A stretch of 64,000 nucleotides of DNA, taken from Bacilli bacterium. GTDB taxonomy: Bacteria > Bacillota_I > Bacilli_A > RF39 > UBA660. The stretch lies in the NCBI GenBank assembly GCA_017515795.1, contig JAFWEE010000006.1:20-64019 (forward strand), in the 5' to 3' direction. The position numbers were made by a program, and so were the translations under genes. Below the pieces are notes generated by a model. The model had not been told where the DNA came from, searched no databases, and was given only the letters and a program-made list of their open reading frames with translations. Positions 55,187 to 62,899 of this stretch are shown here, piece after piece; positions within the stretch are counted from its first letter, which is position 1, and each line of letters starts with the position of its first letter.

Positions 55187-55942
55187 TTATTCCTCCATAT
55201 TTCTTACATAAGAAGAATAACTATTTATACGTTTTTCATGAAGAGTCTTTCTTCTTATTTCATAAAGCATAGGATTCTTCTTTCTACATACTCTTTCAAA
55301 TTCTTCTTTTAATTCTCTTAAAGTATCCGCATTTATATCTTTACGATATAAAAACTCATGAATATCAACACCTGTATATACTCCTTCATTCCAAGGTTTA
55401 AATCTATATATTACATTTAAAATAGTCTTTAATAATTCTTGTTTATTAAACTTTTCTAAGTCTTCAGGTGTATCCTTTTCTTTAGCCATATTACTTTTAT
55501 CCATATCTATTACATGAAAAGAACCATCTACAAGAATATTCTTTCCATGAATATCATATAAATCTACTCTATTTTCTGTTAAAGATTTAATGTCATCAAA
55601 TAAAATACCTATATTTTTAAATAAAGTATCTATTCTAGTAAATCTACTAACACTTGCTACTTCTATTCCATTTATATATTCATATATATAACCTACAAAC
55701 TTTTTGTCTTGATATACTAAAGTTTTAGGTCCTACAATAGATTCATTTGATGATTTACATAAAGCTTCCATTAGGACTTCTAAATCTTTTCTATTTACTA
55801 TTTTTTGTCCTTCTTCATTATTTTTAAATTTCTTAAAAACATTACCATCTTTACATCTATAACAGTGCGCACAAAAACCACTGCCTATAGGAATAGGAGA
55901 CTTAATAATATCATACATACTATCAATTTGTATTTTTTGCAT
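55187..55942 (-). CDS. atypical protein-kinase-like protein, paralog 3 (251 aa)
   Basis: VFKKFKN (beta3 Lys), hinge GYIYEYINGIE, catalytic loop LYDIHGKNILV (D-x4-N as in APH/choline-kinase-type kinases), HVIDMDKS. Start at ATG 55942 with SD GGTGAT. Confidence 0.6.
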   Translation of the reverse strand: MQKIQIDSMYDIIKSPIPIGSGFCAHCYRCKDGNVFKKFKNNEEGQKIVNRKDLEVLMEALCKSSNESIVGPKTLVYQDKKFVGYIYEYINGIEVASVSRFTRIDTLFKNIGILFDDIKSLTENRVDLYDIHGKNILVDGSFHVIDMDKSNMAKEKDTPEDLEKFNKQELLKTILNVIYRFKPWNEGVYTGVDIHEFLYRKDINADTLRELKEEFERVCRKKNPMLYEIRRKTLHEKRINSYSSYVRNMEE

Positions 55943-56008
55943 ATAAATCACCGTGAAAATATAATACCACAATTATAATATATGTCAAAAAAAGACCTAT
56001 TGGTCTTT

Positions 56009-56311
56009 TTATGCTTCAACTTTTTGCATTACTCCATTTATTTCTTTATAAACTCTTTTACTATTTTTAAGCATCTTGTTTTCTATTTCTTTTCCTAGAT
56101 CAAATCCAAGTAATTCAGATATTCCAAGAAGATAAATAGCTACATCTGCAAGTTCTTCTCCTAAATCATCTTTCTTTTTAAGATAAGCCATATAAGCCTC
56201 TCCTAGTTCACCATAAGCTAAACAGAATTCAAAATTAATATCAGTAGTATTAAATCCATGATTAATCTTATTTTGAATAACCTCTTTTTGTAAAACTTTT
56301 AAGTCTCTCAT
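56009..56311 (-). CDS. MazG-type all-alpha NTP pyrophosphohydrolase (100 aa)
   Basis: LAYGELGEAYMAY...LGEELADVAIYLLGISELLGFDL, with the EExxE/D metal motifs of small MazG-like proteins. 4-nt overlap with the upstream Nudix gene. Confidence 0.7.
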   Translation of the reverse strand: MRDLKVLQKEVIQNKINHGFNTTDINFEFCLAYGELGEAYMAYLKKKDDLGEELADVAIYLLGISELLGFDLGKEIENKMLKNSKRVYKEINGVMQKVEA

Positions 56312-56721
56312 AATAACTCCTTTAATTTATTAACTATTTCTATGTCTGCTCCTAACCACTCTACTGTATCTAATTCTTCTTTAGAAAGCCATTTCATAGC
56401 TTCGTGTTCTAGTTTTTCTTCATCATGATATACAAGTTCCATATGATCATTTAATAAAGTACAAAAATAAGTATGCATAGTTAAATGAAAATCAGGATCT
56501 TTATAATCATATTCTACAGTACATATATAATCATCTACTTTAATATCAGCATTTAATTCTTCTTTTATTTCTCTAACTAGAGCTTCTTCCTTAGTTTCTC
56601 CTTCTTCAGGTTTTCCACCAGGAAATTCCCACATTCCTTTGAAATGTCCATATCCTCTAGCAGTTCCTAGAATTTTGTTATCCTTTTTAATAACTGCTGC
56701 TACTACTTCTACTACTTTCAT
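56308..56721 (-). CDS. Nudix hydrolase, MutT/NudG-like (intact Nudix box)
   Basis: GMWEFPGGKPEEGETKEEALVREIKEELNADI fits GX5EX7REUXEEXGU apart from Gly to Asn. Confidence 0.8.
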   Translation of the reverse strand: MKVVEVVAAVIKKDNKILGTARGYGHFKGMWEFPGGKPEEGETKEEALVREIKEELNADIKVDDYICTVEYDYKDPDFHLTMHTYFCTLLNDHMELVYHDEEKLEHEAMKWLSKEELDTVEWLGADIEIVNKLKELL

Positions 56722-56729
56722 AATTTCTC

Positions 56730-57377
56730 CTATAATGAATAAGGTCTAAATCCATCTTTCTTTTTTTGTGCAGTTAAAGATTTAGTATATCTTTTAGTAA
56801 ATGGATCTCTCGGAATCATTTTTTCTTTTTTAGCAGTCTCTAACGATTTATTAAATCTTTGATTAAATAAAGCTTCAGATTCTTTCATTAATTTAGCTCC
56901 TTTTGTTGGTTTTGAATTAATAAAATTCTTAACAACTCTTTCTTCAGCTAAATCAGAATAAATACCTTTAAATATTATATATGGTTCTTCATCATATTCT
57001 TCTTCACAAGCATCTTCTTCATACTCAACGCCATAATATTCTTCCATTGGATTATGCATAAATACTTCATCTGGATCTAATTCTAATAGGTCTCCTATAA
57101 AATCAAACTCTTTATCACTTAATGCACTTAATGATCTTCTTAATTCTTCTCTATCAGATATAGGATTTCTATCTCTATTACCTAAATTTCTTTCCTTTTC
57201 TTCTTTTACAGAATCAAATACCTCTTTAAGTATTGTTCCATCTTCTTCATATTCATATTGCCATGCTTCTATTACTGAAGTTAATGATTCCATCCCATAA
57301 ATATTTAAACTATCAAAAACGTTTCTTAATTCTTCCCTAGTTAATCCTTTATATGTTAATACATTAATATTATTCAT
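56730..57377 (-). CDS. hypothetical acidic protein (215 aa)
   Basis: E/D-rich with a basic C-terminal tail. No recognisable motif. Wedged between the two Nudix genes with gaps of 15 and 8 nt. Confidence 0.6.
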   Translation of the reverse strand: MNNINVLTYKGLTREELRNVFDSLNIYGMESLTSVIEAWQYEYEEDGTILKEVFDSVKEEKERNLGNRDRNPISDREELRRSLSALSDKEFDFIGDLLELDPDEVFMHNPMEEYYGVEYEEDACEEEYDEEPYIIFKGIYSDLAEERVVKNFINSKPTKGAKLMKESEALFNQRFNKSLETAKKEKMIPRDPFTKRYTKSLTAQKKKDGFRPYSL

Positions 57378-57392
57378 TTTAAACCTCCTATA

Positions 57393-57989
57393 TTAATCAA
57401 TAATACTATTATTTCTTGATTCTTCTAATGCTCTTTTTATTAAGAACTTAGATAAAATAACATCAGCATCTGCTAAATCATAATCTAATAATTCTTCAAT
57501 ACTAACCCATTTATATTCAGAGTGGATATCTAACTTGAATTCTCCGCTTACATAATCACATTCATATATTTTCAGATCTACTATATGACCTGGATATTCA
57601 CATATACTATGAGTTAAATAATCTTTAATATCTACTTTCATCTTAAATATTTCATTAAATGCTCTTTCTAGAGTTTTCTTTTCATCTTCAAGACCTTGTC
57701 TTCTTCCTCCAGGAAATTCCCATCTACCATTTAAATGGTCATTTTTGTTTCTTCTAGCTATTAAACATTTACCATCTTTCATAATTAATGCGCATACAAC
57801 ATCAAGTATCTTTTTGTTATCTACTACATTAGTTACTTCAAATGGAAGACCATTTTTCTTAACTACTTGTTTTAAGAATAAGTTAATAGCAGAACTCATA
57901 GATAAGCCAAGATCTGTTAAAACTAAAGTAGCATCTTTTTTAACATCACTATCAACTTGTATGTTAATAGCACTTGTTTTATTAGCCAT
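57393..57989 (-). CDS. RelB/DinJ-type ribbon-helix-helix domain fused to a degenerate Nudix domain (198 aa)
   Basis: aa 6-52 SAINIQVDSDVKKDATLVLTDLGLSMSSAINLFLKQVVKKNGLPFEV (RelB/DinJ pattern). aa ~62-185 MutT-like (GRWEFPGG...) with box GRRQGLEDEKKTLERAFNEIFKM, which has lost two box Glu and the Gly. SD GAGGTG. Confidence 0.7.
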   Translation of the reverse strand: MANKTSAINIQVDSDVKKDATLVLTDLGLSMSSAINLFLKQVVKKNGLPFEVTNVVDNKKILDVVCALIMKDGKCLIARRNKNDHLNGRWEFPGGRRQGLEDEKKTLERAFNEIFKMKVDIKDYLTHSICEYPGHIVDLKIYECDYVSGEFKLDIHSEYKWVSIEELLDYDLADADVILSKFLIKRALEESRNNSIID

Positions 57990-58008
57990 TTTATCACCTC
58001 TTGATTAG

Positions 58009-58037
58009 ATAATAACACTATAAAAAATGCTTGTCAA
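58009..58037 (-). promoter_or_regulatory. sigma-A promoter of the RHH-Nudix operon
   Basis: Minus strand: TTGACA (58037-58032), 17 nt, TATTAT (58014-58009), about 20 nt upstream of the start codon region. Confidence 0.6.
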
Positions 58038-58042
58038 TAGAA

Positions 58043-58071
58043 AACTACAAAAATACTACAATTTTACTACA
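58043..58071 (-). promoter_or_regulatory. three direct heptamer repeats at 11-bp phasing, candidate operator
   Basis: Minus strand TGTAGTA-aaat-TGTAGTA-tttt-TGTAGTT, at 58071-58065, 58060-58054 and 58049-58043. The last ends 5 nt upstream of the -35 box. Confidence 0.45.
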
Positions 58072-58098
58072 TCGCGTTTTTATATAAAAAAAGAAGCA

Positions 58099-59334
58099 TT
58101 AAGCTTCTTTTTTTGGATCTTCTTTAGGCTTCATTGTATATTTTTTTGATTCTGGACCACAATCACTTTTTGTTAAATCAACTGTAGTCATTATACGAAG
58201 CATTCTTTCTCGTCTCATTTGATTTAACTTTCTTTCTCTTTCTTCCATAAATAATTCAGAATCAATAGCACTCTTAATATAATTCTTAGATTCTTCTTCT
58301 ACTTTCCATAAATCAGTAATATAAGTTTCATTAGAAGTATCCATACATAATAAGTCACTTTCCATTCTTTTTTTCTTATCATATCTAAAGAAATATGGGT
58401 AATAAAATAACTTACTTACTATATTTCCTTCTTTATCTAAATATACTGCTGTAGTTATTTTATCCTCTTTATCTAATCTAATTGTAGTAGTTCCTATTAA
58501 TAAATTATTTTCTTCTAGAGTTTTTTTAATTCCTATCCAAGCTTCATCTAATAAGACTCCCATATATGGAGTTTTAATAACAGGATAAGTATAGTCAATT
58601 ATATTATCAAATTCTAAATCATTTACAAAATCACCTTTTGAAACACTATATAGTCTTCCATAGCATACTCCAAGTTCACCATCACCTAATTGTAATTTTT
58701 TATATGTGGCATATTCATTATCATCTACTTTTTTACTGGTACTATCTGCACTAGTAAATTCATGTTTTTCCACATATTTTTTTCCATTAAATTTATAATG
58801 AGCATATTTAGGAATCCATATACTACCTAAATTAATAATAACATCATCTTTTGTAACAAATATATTATCAGGACTTATTTCTACAAAATCATCAAGATCT
58901 TGAAAGTTTAGATAAAAATTATTTGATGTATCTAAATCTAATAATAGTTCTCCTTTATCATCAAATATAAGTTTTCCACATATTTCATTTAATTCATCTT
59001 CATCTTCTGATTCATGAAAGTTTTGCATATAATACTCTATATATTTTTTATCTTCATATTTAGCTAATTTAAATGCATAAGAAATATCCTGAGATTCCAT
59101 ATCAAATTTTATTCCTATTGATTCAAAATATGGTAAAACTAAACCAAATATTTCTTTTTCTAATAATAATCTTCTTATTTTTTTATTAGTTTCATCAATA
59201 TATCCTTGAATATAACCTACTTCTCTTTGATTATGATCCTTTGTAATTGAGTTCATTCTTACTTCATAATAATTACGTGTACTTTTTAGTATTTCTAATT
59301 CTTCATCATAGTTTCTTTTTTTAATAATTGCCAT
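58099..59334 (-). CDS. hypothetical protein (411 aa)
   Basis: Start at ATG 59334 (MAIIKKRNY) with SD AGGAGG 6 nt upstream. The longer track ORF (to 59472) would run through the tRNA-His gene and its terminator. Confidence 0.65.
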   Translation of the reverse strand: MAIIKKRNYDEELEILKSTRNYYEVRMNSITKDHNQREVGYIQGYIDETNKKIRRLLLEKEIFGLVLPYFESIGIKFDMESQDISYAFKLAKYEDKKYIEYYMQNFHESEDEDELNEICGKLIFDDKGELLLDLDTSNNFYLNFQDLDDFVEISPDNIFVTKDDVIINLGSIWIPKYAHYKFNGKKYVEKHEFTSADSTSKKVDDNEYATYKKLQLGDGELGVCYGRLYSVSKGDFVNDLEFDNIIDYTYPVIKTPYMGVLLDEAWIGIKKTLEENNLLIGTTTIRLDKEDKITTAVYLDKEGNIVSKLFYYPYFFRYDKKKRMESDLLCMDTSNETYITDLWKVEEESKNYIKSAIDSELFMEERERKLNQMRRERMLRIMTTVDLTKSDCGPESKKYTMKPKEDPKKEA

Positions 59335-59373
59335 ATAAACCTCCTGAAATATAAAACTATTATAACATAATAA

Positions 59374-59406
59374 TAAAAAAACGAACTTAAAAAAGTTCGA
59401 TTTTTT
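59374..59406 (-). terminator. hairpin terminator after tRNA-His
   Basis: Stem cgaactt / aagttcg with loop aaaa. The A-run on the plus strand gives a U7 tail on the minus transcript. Confidence 0.55.
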
Positions 59407-59410
59407 CAAA

Positions 59411-59487
59411 TGGGGCGAAATAAGGGAGTCGAACCCTTGCATAATAGAGCCACAATCTACCGTGTTAACCACTTCACCAATTCCGCC
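59411..59487 (-). tRNA. tRNA-His (anticodon GUG) with encoded G-1 and CCA
   Basis: Reverse complement GGCGGAATTGGTGAAGTGGTTAACACGGTAGATTGTGGCTCTATTATGCAAGGGTTCGACTCCCTTATTTCGCCCCA. Anticodon loop TTGTGGC. The extra 5' G pairs with the discriminator C. Confidence 0.9.
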
Positions 59488-59566
59488 ATGAAATTACTTA
59501 ATAAATATATCACATATTTTTTAAATATACAAGTAATTTATGATATAATTTATTTAAGGTGGTTGT

Positions 59567-60127
59567 ATGAAAAAATTCAATATAAATAAATTTAATGAAT
59601 ATATACTACTATTCTTTGTTTCATGTTTTATCGGATGGGCTTGGGAAGTTCTATGGGAATTTCTTAAAGAAGGTAATCTAATAAATAGTGGTACTATGAG
59701 AGGACCATGGTTACCAATATATGGAACAGGAACTGTATTAATATATTTATTATTATATGAATATAAAGAAAAGAAATGGATGATATTTATAGGATCCTTT
59801 GTTATATGTACTATATCAGAATACTTAACAAGTTTATACCTAGAATATACATATGGCATGTCTTGGTGGAATTATACTGATAAACCATTTAATATTAACG
59901 GAAGAATTTGTTTACCATATTCAATAGTATTTGGTTTTACAGGATTAATAGTTATATATTTAATAGTTCCATTTATAAAAAAATTTATAGAAAAACATAA
60001 TAAAAAAGTATTATTTGTTGTATGTTTAATACTTTTATCAATATTCACATTTGATTTTGTATTTTCTACTATTAACCCTTATGTATCTAAAAAGATTCAA
60101 GTAATTAATATGGATAAATTTAAATAA
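59567..60127 (+). CDS. membrane protein of the 'putative ABC-transporter type IV' (DUF1113-like) family, paralog B
   Basis: IGWAWEVLWEFLKEGNLINSGTMRGPWLPIYGTG matches paralog A at 53237-53917. SD AAGGTGG, with an extended -10 TGATATAAT about 25 nt upstream. Confidence 0.7.
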   Translation: MKKFNINKFNEYILLFFVSCFIGWAWEVLWEFLKEGNLINSGTMRGPWLPIYGTGTVLIYLLLYEYKEKKWMIFIGSFVICTISEYLTSLYLEYTYGMSWWNYTDKPFNINGRICLPYSIVFGFTGLIVIYLIVPFIKKFIEKHNKKVLFVVCLILLSIFTFDFVFSTINPYVSKKIQVINMDKFK

Positions 60128-60130
60128 TAA

Positions 60131-60156
60131 AAAAAACTATCATATGATAGTTTTTT
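60131..60156. terminator. bidirectional hairpin terminator between convergent genes
   Basis: Near-perfect palindrome aaaaaactatc-atat-gatagtttttt, flanked by A and T runs. Touches the stop at 60155-60157. Confidence 0.55.
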
Positions 60157-60820
60157 ATTTTAATCTAATAATTGAATACATTATTACAATACCAATTATT
60201 ATTGTAATAATACTTATTATAATTGCATTTGCGTTTCCTTTTTGACTATCAGCTTCATCTGGACTAATTTCCATTTGATTATCATCAAATAAAGGATTAG
60301 CTTCTACTGTGTTAGAGAATGGTGTAACATCAGGAGTTATTTCTTCATCTGCTGCATTAATTTCAATATTAACTGGAGCTTCTTCAACTGCAGGAGTTTC
60401 AGTAATAGTTATTTCTGGTTCTACTGAAGCTACTGGAGTTTCAGGAACTACAGGAGCAGGAGTTTCAGGAATTGGAGCAGGAGTAGGAACTTCTACTGCT
60501 TTAGCTCTTTCCATCTCTTCATACTTTGCTTTCATTTCTTTATCAAATGCATCTATATCATTAATAATAGAATCAAATGGTATTTCAAGATTATCATTAC
60601 TATATTTCTTAAGCATAGAAATATATACTTCTTGAGTAATAGTAGGATTATCTTTAGCACATGCATTTAATCTATTTATGATTTCAGTTTTTCTTTCAGA
60701 TAGTAAGGTTTCTTTATAAGAATCAAATGCTGCCTTTTTTTGTTCATCAGTCTTAGTTGCGTCACTTAAGATCTTCATTACTTCTTCTTCATTGTAATCG
60801 AATTTGTTTCCCATAATCAT
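60155..60820 (-). CDS. hypothetical tail-anchored protein with a Pro-rich linker (221 aa; alternative start ATG 60814)
   Basis: No signal peptide. Linker VEVPTPAPIPETPAPVVPETPVASVEPE. C-terminal anchor GNANAIIISIITIIIGIVIMYSIIRLK is homologous to that of 39229-40002. The SD GGAGAC spacing favours the second ATG. Confidence 0.6.
   Translation of the reverse strand: MIMGNKFDYNEEEVMKILSDATKTDEQKKAAFDSYKETLLSERKTEIINRLNACAKDNPTITQEVYISMLKKYSNDNLEIPFDSIINDIDAFDKEMKAKYEEMERAKAVEVPTPAPIPETPAPVVPETPVASVEPEITITETPAVEEAPVNIEINAADEEITPDVTPFSNTVEANPLFDDNQMEISPDEADSQKGNANAIIISIITIIIGIVIMYSIIRLK
60421..60458. repeat. dispersed 38-nt near-identical segment (copy B); partner at 40538-40575
   Basis: 37/38 identity to copy A, read directly from the sequence. 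Confidence 0.9.
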
Positions 60821-60903
60821 CGTCTCCTATCTTATATATTCATTATACTAGTTTTATCCTTATTTTGTAAAGCATTTTACGAATTTTTTTTAATTATTTT
60901 TTA

Positions 60904-62127
60904 TTAAAAATTAAACATTAATAATTCAGGTTTTAATAATAAAAGTATTCCTATTATTATCATTAATATGCCTCCAATTAAATGAGAGTACTTAGTATAC
61001 TTAGTAGATATTCCTGTTACTTTTAAAGTCTTCATAGATATAGCAAATATAATAATATCATCTATTAAGAAGAAGAATATATATATAAGCATATATATCA
61101 TATATCTAAATGTACTTAGATCATTCATAGAAAGAATTTGAGTAAATATCATAGGTATACCTATAGAACACATAAGTTCTATTATATTTACTGAAGCTGC
61201 TAAAAGCATTATACCTAATAATGCTATTATAAACTTCTTATTAGATGTTATCTTTATAATTCTTTTAATAATCTTTTTTCTTTTCTTATCATCTACTACT
61301 TCACAACCATCATCCTTAGATAAAGATTTAATATAATTATTTAAGTTCAATATGCCTGCTCCAAGGGCTATTATAGCCACAAATAAGCGTATATATTGAA
61401 GCTTAGTAACAAATGACGTAAGATTTAACCAAGTAAGCATAAATGCCAAATAAACTAGTCCAGAAGTAAATATAAATGTAATACCAAGTATCCACATTTT
61501 CTTTCTATTTTTCATATTAAATAACATTGTTATTAAGAATATAAGTATCCACATAGCACATGGATTAAAACCATCTACAAGACCTAATAGAACTGCTATT
61601 ACAGGTATAGATACTTTCTTAGTATCTATAGTTCTTTTTTTACCAAATAACTTAAATGATACTTTAGTATCTTTCTCTTCTTTTTTATCTTCTTTCTTAG
61701 GTTCTACTATTTCTTTTTCCTCTATTTTTTCTCCAGTTTCAAGAAATACTTTTACCCTATCAGTATATTCTTTATTCCTATATATATTTATATAAGATCT
61801 TATTTGTTCTCCTGTTGTATCATTAGACATAAAACCACTAACAACATCGTCTCCTATTACAGTATAAGGAACTCCATTAGGAGTAACTCCAAGAAGATCT
61901 CCTACATCTTTTAATAGTTTTATATTTTCTTCGTTATACCATACTTCATATCTATGTACTACTACATCTTCATTTGATTTAAGGTATGATTCTAAGAACT
62001 TTTCTTCTGCTGCACAGTGAGGACATCCATCACCATAAAACAAATAAATATCCACTGTTTTAGCATGTACAAATACTGGAATAAATAAAAGTATAGCAAA
62101 AACTAAAAACTTAATTATTTTCTTCAT
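60904..62127 (-). CDS. fusion of an exported thioredoxin/glutaredoxin-like domain (CPHC) with a CcdA/DsbD-like polytopic membrane domain (407 aa)
   Basis: Signal peptide MKKIIKFLVFAILLFIPVFVHA. YLFYGDGCPHCAAEEKF. K/E-rich linker. At least 6 TM helices with Cys in GFNPCAMW and ELMCSIGIP. Confidence 0.65.
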   Translation of the reverse strand: MKKIIKFLVFAILLFIPVFVHAKTVDIYLFYGDGCPHCAAEEKFLESYLKSNEDVVVHRYEVWYNEENIKLLKDVGDLLGVTPNGVPYTVIGDDVVSGFMSNDTTGEQIRSYINIYRNKEYTDRVKVFLETGEKIEEKEIVEPKKEDKKEEKDTKVSFKLFGKKRTIDTKKVSIPVIAVLLGLVDGFNPCAMWILIFLITMLFNMKNRKKMWILGITFIFTSGLVYLAFMLTWLNLTSFVTKLQYIRLFVAIIALGAGILNLNNYIKSLSKDDGCEVVDDKKRKKIIKRIIKITSNKKFIIALLGIMLLAASVNIIELMCSIGIPMIFTQILSMNDLSTFRYMIYMLIYIFFFLIDDIIIFAISMKTLKVTGISTKYTKYSHLIGGILMIIIGILLLLKPELLMFNF

Positions 62128-62371
62128 ATTTATCTATCTCCATTAATAATTCATTATAGTTTTTTTCACCAATAATTCTGCCTATTTCTTTATCATCTTT
62201 AAAAACTATTATTTCAGGTAAAGTTCGACCTACATTATATTTGCTTATATCATCAAAATCATAATCTAATCTAGTTACATCTATATGTTTTTCATCTATT
62301 AATTTATCCGTTGCATTATTAGTAATAATACAAGCAGGACACCATAGTGCACTAACCATAATGTATTTCAT
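62111..62371 (-). CDS. small thioredoxin-family protein (WCPAC)
   Basis: MKYIMVSALWCPACI...LPEIIVF. Overlaps the downstream fusion gene by 17 nt. Start at ATG 62371. The track start is a GTG inside the SD AGGTGA. Confidence 0.7.
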   Translation of the reverse strand: MKYIMVSALWCPACIITNNATDKLIDEKHIDVTRLDYDFDDISKYNVGRTLPEIIVFKDDKEIGRIIGEKNYNELLMEIDKYEENN

Positions 62372-62441
62372 ATATATCACCTTTTTAAATTATATCATTT
62401 AAACAAAAAAAACGATAGGTATTTACCTATCATTTTTTTAA

Positions 62442-62852
62442 TTATTTATTAAAACCACATTCAAGAGTAACATCAATTGTGTAATCAGTTTTACCATATG
62501 GTTTCTTTGGTTTAATGACTACGTATGAAGCAGTCTTATCACAATCTTTTTTAGTCTTTTTATTAACCATAGATTTAACTAATTCTTGATCAATTTTACT
62601 AACTTTAGCAATATTTTCTAAGTTAACTTTAATACCAGTCTTTTCAAATTTCTTAACAAATGCTTTAACATCTTCTTGAGATTTTTCTTGACTTGGATAA
62701 TAGAATTCTTCATAGAATTGTTTTCCTAATTTAGATAAATTAGAATTTAATTCTTTTTCATTATTTCCACCTAGTAAAAGTACTAAAGCAACAACTATGC
62801 CAATAACAATAATAGCAGCCCCTACGATTATCCCTATTTTCTTTTTACTCAT
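62442..62852 (-). CDS. hypothetical membrane-anchored protein (136 aa)
   Basis: N-terminal TM IGIIVGAAIIVIGIVVALVLLL, then a soluble domain with 2 Cys. SD AGGAGG. Confidence 0.6.
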   Translation of the reverse strand: MSKKKIGIIVGAAIIVIGIVVALVLLLGGNNEKELNSNLSKLGKQFYEEFYYPSQEKSQEDVKAFVKKFEKTGIKVNLENIAKVSKIDQELVKSMVNKKTKKDCDKTASYVVIKPKKPYGKTDYTIDVTLECGFNK

Positions 62853-62899
62853 ATTAGCCTCCTATAATTAAATTATAACATATTTCCTATAAATTACAA

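Noticed and set aside
57393-57989. Classical type II RelBE/DinJ-YafQ toxin-antitoxin locus
   Set aside because: No small RelE/YafQ/ParE-like ORF is adjacent on either strand, and the RHH domain is covalently fused to a Nudix domain. It is treated as a regulator-like fusion instead (see findings).
59335-59472. N-terminal 46-aa extension of ORF 58099-59472
   Set aside because: The extension would be translated through the tRNA-His gene (59411-59487) and its terminator hairpin. ATG 59334 has a perfect AGGAGG SD.
59554-59859. 101-aa minus-strand ORF overlapping the plus-strand gene 59567-60127
   Set aside because: The plus-strand product is a multi-TM protein with a clear paralog at 53237-53917, plus its own SD and promoter. 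The minus-strand ORF has neither.
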